Shown one piece after another: positions 54,872-64,000 of a DNA stretch of 64,000 bases. Location of the stretch: IMG/VR virus record IMGVR_UViG_3300045988_175377; one strand, given 5' to 3'. The position numbers and the translations under genes are program-made. Source of the stretch: a virus. Below the pieces are notes generated by a model. The model did not search any database. It was not told the DNA's origin and saw only the letters and a list, made by a program, of their open reading frames with translations. The stretch's first letter is position 1. Every line of letters starts with the position of its first letter.

Positions 54872-55327
54872 ATGGTCAAGAACATCAAACGCAACGCTTT
54901 CGCAACAGGAATGCAGGACAAGCGTGACATGCGCCCATTGGAATCACCGGAAAACATTAGCGAACCGAACACGGAGCAGGAACCGACACAGGCCGTTCCT
55001 GAAACGCGGGAACCGTCAGACCAGTCAGTCCAAACGTCCGCCGACATGCATGCCCAAACGCTCACGGAGGAAGAAGCCGACCGTCGGGCACGGCTCATCA
55101 CCGACATAACCCATCCTGAAACACCGGCACCATCCGAAACGCATCAGCCGCCGAAAGAGAAAAGAATCGGAAGCAACGTCACCGTCGAGAACTGGCGGGC
55201 ATGGAAATTGAAAAGCATCGAATACGGGACGAAACAGGCTGTATTGTTGAATGCCGCGATGGACTACTGCTTCCAGCAGGGGCACTTCGACCAGACGCTC
55301 ATCGACAAATATGAGCAGAAGGATTAG
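54872..55327 (+). CDS. putative centromere-binding partner (ParG/RHH-like) of ParA
   Basis: Disordered acidic N-terminus, C-terminal KRIGSNVTVENWRAWKLKSIEYGTKQAVLLNAAMDYCF consistent with ribbon-helix-helix; position directly after parA. Confidence 0.4.
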   Translation: MVKNIKRNAFATGMQDKRDMRPLESPENISEPNTEQEPTQAVPETREPSDQSVQTSADMHAQTLTEEEADRRARLITDITHPETPAPSETHQPPKEKRIGSNVTVENWRAWKLKSIEYGTKQAVLLNAAMDYCFQQGHFDQTLIDKYEQKD

Positions 55328-55435
55328 GCTCCGGTATATTAATATTCGGATGAACAAAAAGACTTCACCGGAGTTTTCCAGATGGGGCGACACTCACAAC
55401 AGAGCGGACGCCCCATTGGTTTCTCTAAAACACAG

Positions 55436-56305
55436 TCAGGATACGAACGGGTTCATCGGCTCTTCATCATCCGCCACGCCCGCGTCCGTGTCGGCATCAT
55501 CGTTAGCCGACTGGATGGAAGGAAGACTGGGACGGACTATGACACCGGTTTCCGTGATTTCGGCTTTCAATTCCGGCCATGCGAGCTGAATCTTCTCCAA
55601 CGCTCTTCTGAACTTGCGTCTGAATTCACGCATCGGATACCCGTCGTACTTGAACTGCATCAACAAGGCTTCCCATGTCACGCGCGTCTCATGGCGCATG
55701 GCATGGGCACGGAACGCGAGCCACTGGTATACGTCCAACGCGAGGGCATCGTTGCGAAGCTGGCGAACGATGGATGGGTTGAGAGGAACGCAGTTCTCGG
55801 TCAGCAGTGCCCACATCTCGGGGGAGAACTTTATGTAAGACTTCTTCGCCCCGTCATCGTCGTAGTTGAGTGACACTATGTTGGCAACGAAGAAAGAGTG
55901 GGCTGTGAATCCGCCAGTGGACCAGTTTTCAAGGACGATGGAGGTTGTCGCTAGATTCCTGACCATGTTCATCACCGTCTCCTTGCTGGACCCTGAATAG
56001 TGGATTCCAGTGCTCTTGCAGAATGAACGATAGGTGTCGTCCAAGTAGACGGTATGATTCTCTGCGTCCACACAGTCGCTACTGTTCTTGATGAGAGAAC
56101 GGATGTGGATGAGGAACATTCTGGGGGCTGCTCCGTATGCCCATTCTCCGGTGGAGGCCGAGACTGTGATTGACGAGTTTCCGTTAATTTTTCTCATGGA
56201 CTGAGATTCCGGTTTCGACTGCGGCAGGAAACTCAGCTTAGACATAACCGACGGCGTGTAGTTGTATGTATTCGACTTGTAGAGGTCTTTGCTATGATTG
56301 GTCAT
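55436..56305 (-). CDS. putative plasmid replication initiator (Rep) protein
   Basis: 289 aa; located immediately next to iterons and an AT-rich region; motif LDVYQWLAFRAHA resembles winged-helix Rep proteins (context-based). Confidence 0.45.
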   Translation of the reverse strand: MTNHSKDLYKSNTYNYTPSVMSKLSFLPQSKPESQSMRKINGNSSITVSASTGEWAYGAAPRMFLIHIRSLIKNSSDCVDAENHTVYLDDTYRSFCKSTGIHYSGSSKETVMNMVRNLATTSIVLENWSTGGFTAHSFFVANIVSLNYDDDGAKKSYIKFSPEMWALLTENCVPLNPSIVRQLRNDALALDVYQWLAFRAHAMRHETRVTWEALLMQFKYDGYPMREFRRKFRRALEKIQLAWPELKAEITETGVIVRPSLPSIQSANDDADTDAGVADDEEPMNPFVS

Positions 56306-56482
56306 GTGACCACGACTCCTTCAGTGTTAGGTGGTTGCCATTCCCCGGCTGGTTCCAACAGTGCGGGGATTTTCTTTTCTCAGAACAGTATACGTCACTA
56401 CCTACCCCTTATAGATTCTTTTCTACCCTCCGTCTTTTTGTAGCTTCGAACTGCTTACGAAAAAGGTCGAACGGGGCATGAG

Positions 56483-56920
56483 GAAGTGCCACAGAACGTG
56501 AGAAAGCGGAACCAAAAGTTGGAACTTCTGACACACATAGACAAAAAAGTGGGCACTTTCGACACGGAAAGTGGGCACTTTCGACACGCTTTCGACCCGA
56601 AACGCCTACTCCCATAAGGGATTTCGACACCTGCAAAAGATATACAAAAGATTACAAAAGATATTAATATCCCTTGTATTCCCTTCTTTTTCAAAAAACA
56701 AGTTTTTCAAAAAGAAGCAAAAAATCAAAAAATTAGAATAAAACCATTTTTTTGATTCTACGTTCAGACAGGTCTAAACCTGCTTAAGGGTATCTTCAAA
56801 GCTTTTAAGAAAAAAAGTCATGTCAATATGACCGTTCAGACAGGGTGAACCCTGAGCGACGATTATCCTCAATGCTGTTTTTCGTTTCAACAACGTTGGC
56901 GTTTAGACAGGTCTGAATGT
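56483..56920. repeat. origin-like region: iterons, AT-rich stretch and three spaced 21-bp repeats
   Basis: GTGGGCACTTTCGACACG x2 direct (56549-56566, 56571-56588) plus partial/inverted copies; ~150-bp AT-rich segment 56640-56800; GTTCAGACAGGTCTAAACCTG-like repeats at 56762, 56834, 56901; DnaA-box-like TTATCCTCA at 56871. Confidence 0.55.
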
Positions 56921-57087
56921 TTTCGAGGGAAGAGAGAAAAAGAAAAGTTCCGGAAAAAGAAAAACAGAGAAGCCAGCACGGCCGGTGGATGCATGTCGAA
57001 AACCCCGAAGCCGATATAGGAAACCTCGGACGGAAGGTAGACTTGAAGACAGTGCATGACAAACGGAAATGAATTCGGAGCGGAACT

Positions 57088-58368
57088 GTGTTCGGAAGCA
57101 AGAAAGACAAGAACGGCAAACAGCCGATGGGCCAGCAAAAGGCGAAGCAGAACCCGAACAATGAGACCGACCTGTTCGCTGACGAAAAAGAACGCAAGGA
57201 CGAGATAGAACTCACCGCGTGGAAGAAGGCGTTGAAGAACACCCAGAAGTGGAAGGTTCTCATCATCCTGTTCATCTGCACCGGTCTGGTCGCTCCGATG
57301 ATTTCCGTCCGCGCAATCAACACGTTGAACGAAATGGGTTCCTACCTGACGGAGAAGTACAAGGAAATCAGCGGCGACAAGCCCGGCAAGCAGGTCGCGT
57401 TGCAAGCCGTGTACAGTTGGCTGGATGATGACAAGGGCGCTTTCCAATACGGGTATGCGAATTTGTGGTGGAATGGTGCCACCGAGGTCAGCACATCCAC
57501 TTCGGACGATTCCAACGGTTCCACCACCCAGTATTGGAGCCATCAGATGTCCCTCACTGACAAGTCGGATGGAAGCACGAGGGATATCACCCAGCTTGTC
57601 GCCGTCACCGACGGAGTGGCTACTGCGGTGGGAACGCCGACCGTGCTTCCAAAGACCGTCACTTCGAACAGCAATACGGACACGTACCGTCCCGACGATT
57701 ACATTCAGCTTGACCAGAACACGAGCCTGACAAACGTGGTCAGCGCTTGGTCTAAAGCATACATCGGCAAAGACTCCAACGCTTTGACGGTTCTTGTCGG
57801 AGACCCGAACAGCGACCACATGTACCAGCCAGCAAGCTTGGGTTCGTATCTGAACTCGTCCCTCGACTGGCTTGTGCAATGCACCAAGGACGGCAAGACC
57901 GTTGACAAGCAGAACAAGTCCGACAATCCCGAATGGGCGGCGGCAAGCGTCAGCATCTCGTTCAAACCCTACGAGAAGAAGGTTGATGCGAGTACGGCCA
58001 ACGACCCGAACGCGGACACTGGTTCAACGAGCGACGTGGAAACGAGCGTCACCGTCCTCATCCATAATCCGACCCGTGGTAGCGCGAAAATCGTTGACTG
58101 GGGTGCCGAAGGCAGTCTGACCACGTTGAAGGCGTTCAGCAATGCCATCGACCGTTCGCTGATTGGCTCCTCCAGCAGTGATGACGATGATGATTCTTCC
58201 GATTCCAGTTCATCGGATTCCGATAGCGGTTCCGGTGATGACGGTTCCGACAATGACGATTCCGACTCCTCCGATTCGGATTCGTCCGACAACAACAGCA
58301 GTAGTTCATCCCAGAATTCCGATGACGGTTCCGTAACCGGCGACCCCAATGAGGGGCCGAACGACTAA
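57088..58368 (+). CDS. membrane-anchored extracytoplasmic protein with Asp/Ser-rich acidic C-terminal tail
   Basis: Single N-terminal TM (WKVLIILFICTGLVAPMI); C-terminal SSSDDDDDSSDSSSSDSDSGSGDDGSDNDDSDSSDSDSSDNNSSSS. Confidence 0.45.
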   Translation: MFGSKKDKNGKQPMGQQKAKQNPNNETDLFADEKERKDEIELTAWKKALKNTQKWKVLIILFICTGLVAPMISVRAINTLNEMGSYLTEKYKEISGDKPGKQVALQAVYSWLDDDKGAFQYGYANLWWNGATEVSTSTSDDSNGSTTQYWSHQMSLTDKSDGSTRDITQLVAVTDGVATAVGTPTVLPKTVTSNSNTDTYRPDDYIQLDQNTSLTNVVSAWSKAYIGKDSNALTVLVGDPNSDHMYQPASLGSYLNSSLDWLVQCTKDGKTVDKQNKSDNPEWAAASVSISFKPYEKKVDASTANDPNADTGSTSDVETSVTVLIHNPTRGSAKIVDWGAEGSLTTLKAFSNAIDRSLIGSSSSDDDDDSSDSSSSDSDSGSGDDGSDNDDSDSSDSDSSDNNSSSSSQNSDDGSVTGDPNEGPND

Positions 58369-58386
58369 TCCGAAAGGAAAACTAAA

Positions 58387-58521
58387 TTGACAGGACATAA
58401 CAAGCCCAGTGAGGGTGACAAGTTCGCTGAGTTCATCAACAGCAATGGCCCGTTGACCGGTGCGATTATCGCCATCGCGTTCATCGTGTGTCTCGTCATC
58501 AGCATCATCCTGAACCTGTGA
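58387..58521 (+). CDS. small membrane peptide (44 aa, TTG start)
   Basis: RBS AAAGGAAAA; hydrophobic C-terminal helix; below the ORF-track cutoff. Confidence 0.25.
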   Translation: MTGHNKPSEGDKFAEFINSNGPLTGAIIAIAFIVCLVISIILNL

Positions 58522-58543
58522 TGAGTTTTTTTGGAGGTTTCCT

Positions 58544-59569
58544 ATGGCTAAGAAGAAAGGCGGCATGTCCGCCGGTTCGTTGATTGGCAGCATTCTGGTC
58601 GTGTTGACGGCCATGGTGCTCATCGTGAATCTGGGATTGTGGACTCCCATGTCGAAGATTTTCGGATTGCCGGAAATCAACAGTCTATCCCAGTTGATGC
58701 CGGGTGAGGATTCCAAGGTAAAGCCGGATGTGAAATTGGGGTTGAAGGAGCCTTCCTTGAAGTCGTCCGGCTCCAATTCGCAAACCAATACTCCAGAAGC
58801 CACAGAAACGCCCTCAGAAACGACGCAGACACAAAACGGGGACAATTCCTCAAGTCAAACACAAAAAGCCTCTACAAGCGTTCCTGAAGGTGCTTTAAGC
58901 CCCATCACCACGAAACAGGCGCTTGACAAACTCGCTGACATCGAAACCGCAACCCCGCACACCAAAGGATACAACCGCAAAACCGACTTCGGCACATGGC
59001 AGAACAGCAACCAGCTCTGCGGTTACGGCACCACCCGCGACTACATCCTCAAACGCGATATGACCGACGTGACCATGGACAAGAATTGCAAGGTGCTCAC
59101 CGGCACCCTCCAAGACCCATATACAGGCAATGTCATCAAATTCCAGCGCGACACCTACGAGACCGTCAACGGCAAACAGAAGAAAACAGGCGGAGACAGT
59201 ATGGCCGTCCAAATCGACCATGTGGTGGCGGTCAACGACGCTTGGGCCAGCGGACTGTGGAAGGACTCGCGCAAGGGCGACCGCATCACCTATGCGAACG
59301 ACCCGGAAGTGCTCGTCGCGTCCGAAGGAGAAGCGAACAACATCAAACAGCAGGGCGTGAACCTTGTTAAGGACGAGGCGTTGAACGGTTCCTCGACCAA
59401 GTGGAAGGACGCAACGCCCAGCATTTGGCTCCCGTCCAACAAGACGTACCAATGCTCGTATATGGCTAAACGCGTGTACATCAAAGACAAGTACAAACTG
59501 TCCATGAGCAGTTGGGAGAAGGCCGAAACGAAGTCGTTCCTCACGCAATGCGTGGCCGACGGCAACTGA
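58544..59569 (+). CDS. membrane-anchored DUF1524/HNH-like (His-Me finger) nuclease
   Basis: N-terminal TM; C-terminal QDPYTG...MAVQIDHVVAVNDAWASG...ANDP...N...WLPSN...C.Y...YIKDKYKL...FLTQC matches the DUF1524 (GmrSD C-terminal) pattern. Confidence 0.6.
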   Translation: MAKKKGGMSAGSLIGSILVVLTAMVLIVNLGLWTPMSKIFGLPEINSLSQLMPGEDSKVKPDVKLGLKEPSLKSSGSNSQTNTPEATETPSETTQTQNGDNSSSQTQKASTSVPEGALSPITTKQALDKLADIETATPHTKGYNRKTDFGTWQNSNQLCGYGTTRDYILKRDMTDVTMDKNCKVLTGTLQDPYTGNVIKFQRDTYETVNGKQKKTGGDSMAVQIDHVVAVNDAWASGLWKDSRKGDRITYANDPEVLVASEGEANNIKQQGVNLVKDEALNGSSTKWKDATPSIWLPSNKTYQCSYMAKRVYIKDKYKLSMSSWEKAETKSFLTQCVADGN

Positions 59570-59817
59570 TTTTGGTTAGAAAAACTTTTCCTGTTTTTCC
59601 GGTTTTTCACCAGATGAATGTTCGAAGTCGTTTACTGTAACAGTTGAGACCGGGTTTTCGTGGTATATCTTCCACCATCTGGTTTCTTCCCCGGTCTCTG
59701 TGGAAAGCTCCTCTCGGGGAGTGTGTTTCGGGTTCCGCCACCCGTGTGTGGATTCTTTTTTTGGGTGGCGGAACCATTTCCTTTCCTAATCGGCATTGTG
59801 GCGATTCGAGAAGAAAA

Positions 59818-59849
59818 TGATGTTATACTAGAAGTGTTCACACAATAAT
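59818..59849 (+). promoter_or_regulatory. conserved promoter/leader motif, copy 16 (plus orientation)
   Basis: TGtTATACTAGAAGTGTTCACACAATAA followed by CCAAGGAG and ATG at 59876. Confidence 0.55.
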
Positions 59850-59875
59850 AGAAAAAGCCAGCCAAGGAGAAAAAC

Positions 59876-60247
59876 ATGAGCAACTACTTCAACAGCATCG
59901 AACACCAAATCAACCTCATGCTCGACAGGGAACAAGACCTCCAAGACGAACAGGAACAGCGTCTACGGGATATTCACGACGGCATCGGAGACTACGTGCT
60001 GTTGCCCGAAGGCGACCCGTGGAACATCGATGACTACGAGCAAGACCCACAGCCCACCAACATCAACAACACTTGCAGTCACGGACTCTATGTTGACGAA
60101 GGTGTGAAATCTGGAACCATGTATCATCTCAACCCCGACCTCGGACTGTGGGCGGCTTGCGACGACTACGAGGACATAGAAAAAATGGTCAGGGAAGGCA
60201 AGACGCTCACCCAGCCCATCGACGATTACGATTCGAAGCTCGCCTGA
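59876..60247 (+). CDS. hypothetical acidic protein (123 aa)
   Basis: ORF after motif copy 16. Confidence 0.4.
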   Translation: MSNYFNSIEHQINLMLDREQDLQDEQEQRLRDIHDGIGDYVLLPEGDPWNIDDYEQDPQPTNINNTCSHGLYVDEGVKSGTMYHLNPDLGLWAACDDYEDIEKMVREGKTLTQPIDDYDSKLA

Positions 60248-60289
60248 GAAAGAATTTTTCCTGCAACCTTCCTTGTTTGCGAAAAACTA

Positions 60290-60319
60290 CGTTATAGTGG
60301 AACCAGTCACAAACAAGGA
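60290..60319 (+). promoter_or_regulatory. conserved promoter/leader motif, copy 17 (plus orientation, variant)
   Basis: CGTTATAGTGGAACCAGTCACAAACAAGGAAGG. Confidence 0.45.
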
Positions 60320-60330
60320 AGGTTCCTTTT

Positions 60331-60662
60331 TGAACACCGAAACGGACATCACGGACAGTCAAACCCAAGAACGTTCCCGTCCACGCAAAGACCTTGACAC
60401 CGTAGGAGGGTTTCTTGACTCCTGCAAGGACGAGACACCAATCCTGATTTACTTCAACACAAACGACGGAATACAAAGAATCCCCCACATCCTAGGAGAC
60501 CCGCCCACCGTCGGGCAACTCCGACTCAACAAATATCTGCGGCCACTGAAAATCCAACGAAGAGTCCGCTACCAGATTGCCGGAACCAGCGACACCGGCT
60601 GGGTCATCCGGGTCGATGAACGATTCAAGAAAAAGAAATACATCAAAGCGTCGAAAGCCTGA
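60331..60662 (+). CDS. hypothetical basic protein (probable TTG start)
   Basis: ORF-track start at 60273 lies upstream of the motif; TTG at 60331 follows the AAGGAAGG RBS. Confidence 0.3.
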
Positions 60663-60688
60663 ACTTTTGGATAATCAAGACTACACCG

Positions 60689-61416
60689 TGAACAAAACCC
60701 CTTTACGTTCCAACGGAGACCGGGAAGCGGTCTTGCAGACCATCTTCCGTAGGGGAGTCCTGCCGCAAGCCGTGGTGTACGCGCTCGGACTACTGGTGGC
60801 GGTATGTCTCCTCGCATATTCGAACTCCCTGACGGGAGGATGGAAAATCATCTTCCTGTTCCTGTCCATCCTGAATTTCGTGGCGGGAATCTGGGGACTC
60901 GTCAAGGTAAGCGCCAGCTGGACTACAGTCCGTGACTGCGCGTATCCGAACATCGACGCGAACGCGGCTGAAACATGGGATTTGGCAGTATGGCTCGCCA
61001 ACAGTCCGCAATTCGGAGGAACCCCAATCCGGGATATGCGACAGCAGGAACTACGTGAGGCATTGGATGAGTACGGGACACTGTTCCAAGCGAACAATCC
61101 GGAAGACGTGACCGTCCAACTGAACCGGTTGGAACGGCTCATGCATGACGTGGATTGGACAGGCCAATACGTTCATGCGCTCCTTCTATTCCGACAGTTG
61201 AAAGACTCACATCTCAAATATTGGAGCCAACTGGACGGAGCCTACCGTCAAACGTTAATAAAACTGACGTCAGGCATGCGTTTGGAAAACCTACGCGAGG
61301 ACGTGCAACTCTCCCCACACCGCATGGTCATCTTGGACGGATTGCAGATTAACTGCGGACTGCATGGTACCGCAGGAAAGTACACCGTCGGCTATGAGGA
61401 CGGCGGTGTACTGTGA
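60689..61416 (+). CDS. membrane protein (probable GTG start)
   Basis: Two adjacent TM helices (AVVYALGLLVAVCLLAY / IIFLFLSILNFVAGIWGLV); the upstream part of ORF 60577 overlaps the preceding gene. Confidence 0.35.
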
Positions 61417-61730
61417 ACTATCAGATGCTACGGGACGTTCGTAGTGGACGAATCCACATGTTCTCCGACAACTGCTGGATGCTCCGGGACTGGGTGGCAA
61501 AAAACATCGGACTGGAAGAGAACGGCGTAGCACTCATACGCAGACTCGACCTGTTGGAAATGAAAAAATACTCCACCAAAATGATGGACAATCCCGAATC
61601 GTCCAGCGAGGAATACTGGCAAGCGAAAACCATGCATGACGGCGTGGTCAGAACATTCAAAGAACTCTCGCCGGTGGCGCGACTCGAATACTGGGACTGT
61701 CTGAACGACACTCCCGTCAACATCCTCTGA
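61413..61730 (+). CDS. hypothetical protein (105 aa)
   Basis: Overlaps the upstream stop by 4 nt. Confidence 0.4.
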   Translation: MNYQMLRDVRSGRIHMFSDNCWMLRDWVAKNIGLEENGVALIRRLDLLEMKKYSTKMMDNPESSSEEYWQAKTMHDGVVRTFKELSPVARLEYWDCLNDTPVNIL

Positions 61731-61767
61731 GCTTAGAAAAAACCCAAAACCTCTGAAAGGAGCAGCA

Positions 61768-62211
61768 TTGGACGAACAATCTTCCACCCAACGTTTCCGT
61801 GTTCTCATGGCCGGTATCAGCGAAGGTGAGACCAGAATCCTCTACAACATCGAAAAAGGAAGGCTGACAGCCGACATCCTCAAAAGCAACATCGGCAGAC
61901 GACTGCTGGATGCCGGACTCATCCTCTGTAACAAACAATCCAATCCGACCCTCACCAAGGATGGAACACGCCTAGTGACCCTGCTCTCCCAAGGAGAAGG
62001 AGACCGTCCAATCCACCTGTACGAGCACAATAGCGAAGACCTGCTCCGCCAAGCCGGACAAGGAACAGCCAACGCATACAAGACCGGTTTCGAAAACGCC
62101 GCCGTCGAACTGTTGACTGACCGGCTTGTCCGACTTGACATCGCCTCCGGAACCCTCACCCTGCTTCCTGCGGGAACGGAACTCCTGTCCAAGCTCGACA
62201 AGGCGGCTTGA
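61768..62211 (+). CDS. hypothetical protein (147 aa)
   Basis: ORF only. Confidence 0.4.
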   Translation: MDEQSSTQRFRVLMAGISEGETRILYNIEKGRLTADILKSNIGRRLLDAGLILCNKQSNPTLTKDGTRLVTLLSQGEGDRPIHLYEHNSEDLLRQAGQGTANAYKTGFENAAVELLTDRLVRLDIASGTLTLLPAGTELLSKLDKAA

Positions 62212-62212
62212 C

Positions 62213-62416
62213 ATGCTGGGCTGGCTGACTCAACAGAACGTGCTTGTGGCGATTGCTATTGGAGCCATCATCCTACTGCTCATGTTCCTCATCCCCGCCA
62301 TCGAGGAACTGGTCGGCACGTATACTCCGTTGGGAGAATTCTGCGAAAGGCCGAACATGAGATGGGCTGTGGTCATCCTGACCATCGTAGCGGTTCTCAC
62401 GGTAGTGGTCATCTGA
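62213..62416 (+). CDS. small two-TM membrane protein (67 aa)
   Basis: MLGWLTQQNVLVAIAIGAIILLLMFLIPAI... and AVVILTIVAVLTVVVI helices. Confidence 0.35.
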   Translation: MLGWLTQQNVLVAIAIGAIILLLMFLIPAIEELVGTYTPLGEFCERPNMRWAVVILTIVAVLTVVVI

Positions 62417-62428
62417 CTTTTCCTTGAC

Positions 62429-62460
62429 GGGGACGGCTTGATGCCGTCCCCTTTTTTTTG
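62429..62460 (+). terminator. rho-independent terminator
   Basis: GGGGACGGC-ttgat-GCCGTCCCC followed by TTTTTTTTG. Confidence 0.7.
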
Positions 62461-62599
62461 TTTCCCGAATTGAAAACCGGTGGCAAGTTCCGACGGATAT
62501 TCTGGAAATAAAAGTACCTAAAAAAGAAAGTTGAAGTATCGTGAAAGACTTCATGATTTTTTGGCGAGGATACCCCACCTCTTGTGGGTGGGGAGGAAT

Positions 62600-63990
62600 C
62601 GCCTTTCTTTTTTCACTAGTATGCTATAATTATAGCAGTTATTGAAAGTATGACGGACGGCAAAGGAGGATTGGAATGCTCAGCACGCTCACCTACGCGG
62701 TGCGGGTCAAAACTACCTCCACCCAGTCAGAAATACTCGACGCCACCTGCTCCGCCTACCTCGACTGCTGCAACATGGTCAGCAAAACAGCGTGGGAACA
62801 TAAGACGTTAAGTCAGAAAACCCTCAACCAGCTCGCCTACCACAGGCTCCGCGACGAATACCATGTCGGAGCGCAAATGGCGCAATCCTCCATCATCCGC
62901 GTCATCGGCAACTATCGGACAATCAAAGAGACGCATGGAACCCCTTGGGCGACCAGCCAGCCGGAATACCATTCCCTTGGATACGACCTTGTATGGAACA
63001 GGGATTACAGCATCCTAAAAGACGGACGGTTGAGTGTGAACACGCTCGAAGGGCGAATCAAATTCCCTATCGACTGGACGCACATGCCGGAAACCTATCG
63101 TCACGGAAAATTCGGCACGGCCCGACTATTGAACCGGAACGGGGAATGGCTACTGCTTATCCCCAGCACCATAGAACTTCCTCACCCATCCCAACCACAG
63201 CAGGTGGTCGGAGTGGATTTGGGCATACGTTTCCTCACCACCACCTACGACAGTGACGGCCATACCGACTTCTATGACGGGAAGGAGGTGAAGAACAAGC
63301 GCGAGCATTACAAGAGGCTTCGCATCACCCTCCAGAAGAAGGGGACGCGTAGCGCGAGACGCAGACTCAGGAACATCGGCAACAGAGAAAACCGTTGGAT
63401 GCGGGACGTGAACCATCAGGTCTCGAAGGCACTCGTCAACCGACAGTCAAAGCCTACGCTCTTCGCGTTGGAAAACCTCGAAGGCATTCGCCACGCCACG
63501 GAAAAAGTTCGCAGACAAGACCGGTATACGCAAGTCAGCTGGGCATTCCACCAGCTACGCCAGATGATTGAATACAAGGCTCTGAAAGCCGGGCATTCCA
63601 CCATTGCGGTTGACCCGCATTACACGAGTCAGACCTGTCCGAAATGCGGCATGATACGCAAGGCGAACAGGAACAAACGGTTGCACGAATACCAATGCTC
63701 GAACTGCGGCTACAGGTCCAATGACGACCGTGTGGCCGCTATGAACATTCAACGGCTCGGATATCAGAGTCTAGTTGAATCCCATTCGGACAAGCTCTGA
63801 ATTGGGAGGGGTGCAGTCAACCATCCCATGATGTTCCGCCAGTCCACAAGGATGATAAAAGCGGGAGGAGTTGAAAATACTAATCGACTCCACCATCACC
63901 GCCGGGCAGGAACAAGCCGCAATGCTCGCCATCGCGGTAGTTGACAAAGAATCTGTTGGTATTGGCTGGACTGGCTTCGGTTGGTGCCGC
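62600..63990 (+). mobile_element. second IS200/IS605-family (TnpB-only) insertion sequence
   Basis: TnpB ORF with flanking non-coding ends; ends not mapped. Confidence 0.55.
62676..63800 (+). CDS. tnpB: IS605-family TnpB (RuvC-like nuclease)
   Basis: VGVDLGIRFLTTTYDSDG (RuvC-I), FALENLEGI (RuvC-II), zinc finger CPKCGMIRKANRNKRLHEYQCSNCGYRSNDDRVAAMNI. Confidence 0.8.
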   Translation: MLSTLTYAVRVKTTSTQSEILDATCSAYLDCCNMVSKTAWEHKTLSQKTLNQLAYHRLRDEYHVGAQMAQSSIIRVIGNYRTIKETHGTPWATSQPEYHSLGYDLVWNRDYSILKDGRLSVNTLEGRIKFPIDWTHMPETYRHGKFGTARLLNRNGEWLLLIPSTIELPHPSQPQQVVGVDLGIRFLTTTYDSDGHTDFYDGKEVKNKREHYKRLRITLQKKGTRSARRRLRNIGNRENRWMRDVNHQVSKALVNRQSKPTLFALENLEGIRHATEKVRRQDRYTQVSWAFHQLRQMIEYKALKAGHSTIAVDPHYTSQTCPKCGMIRKANRNKRLHEYQCSNCGYRSNDDRVAAMNIQRLGYQSLVESHSDKL

Positions 63991-64000
63991 AGTCTGCTCT

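Noticed and set aside
56483-56920. Repeat cluster considered as a CRISPR array
   Set aside because: Only two or three short repeats with irregular spacing and no cas genes; it sits next to rep/par genes with an AT-rich region and fits an iteron-type origin.

Overview
High-GC window from a Bifidobacterium-like actinobacterial conjugative plasmid or ICE, with clear functional blocks. The ORF track counts GTG and TTG starts as M.

(1) Positions ~35-16400 hold an unbroken array of ~30 small minus-strand genes. Nearly every operon starts with the same ~27-bp element, an extended -10 promoter plus conserved leader (TGnTATACTGGAATTGTTCACACAAAA), found in at least 17 copies. The array includes a DnaQ-like DEDDh exonuclease, a GNAT acetyltransferase, a DUF2786-like protein, an Xis/AlpA-type HTH protein, two acidic ArdA-like paralogs and two HEAT-like paralogs. 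It is interrupted by an IS605-family TnpB element. This resembles the anti-defence leading region of a conjugative plasmid.

(2) A terminator-insulated, AT-rich-promoter orphan AAA/Arch-type ATPase lies on the plus strand.

(3) A complete diversity-generating retroelement (DGR) lies on the minus strand. It comprises a target lipoprotein gene with a C-terminal VR, an avd-like gene, a TR and an RT carrying the DGR signature motifs (FRDRVV, LGNQTSQ, YMDD). TR and VR are 153 bp with 23 mismatches, all at TR adenines. The target gene is translationally coupled to a 1796-aa sortase-anchored RCC1/CnaB adhesin gene, which lies in a pilus operon with a class C sortase and a pilin.

(4) A maintenance and replication block follows: a flotillin-like protein, a DnaB helicase, a ParB-nuclease-domain protein, an AAA+ ATPase block and a RepA-like protein.

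(5) An ~700-bp strongly T-depleted, A-rich intergenic tract separates divergent genes.

(6) A T4SS-like transfer block follows: a ParA/CpaE-like ATPase, a replication-relaxation-like protein, a VirD4/TcpA-like coupling ATPase, small membrane proteins and a 1318-aa VirB6-like membrane protein.

(7) A plasmid-type partition and replication module sits near the right end: ParA, an RHH partner, and a Rep gene with iterons, an AT-rich region and three 21-bp repeats (oriV).

(8) The window ends with a secreted DUF1524 HNH nuclease, small membrane proteins and a second TnpB IS element.

The most notable items are the DGR, the 17-copy promoter/leader regulon heading a leading-region-like anti-defence array, and the T-depleted tract.
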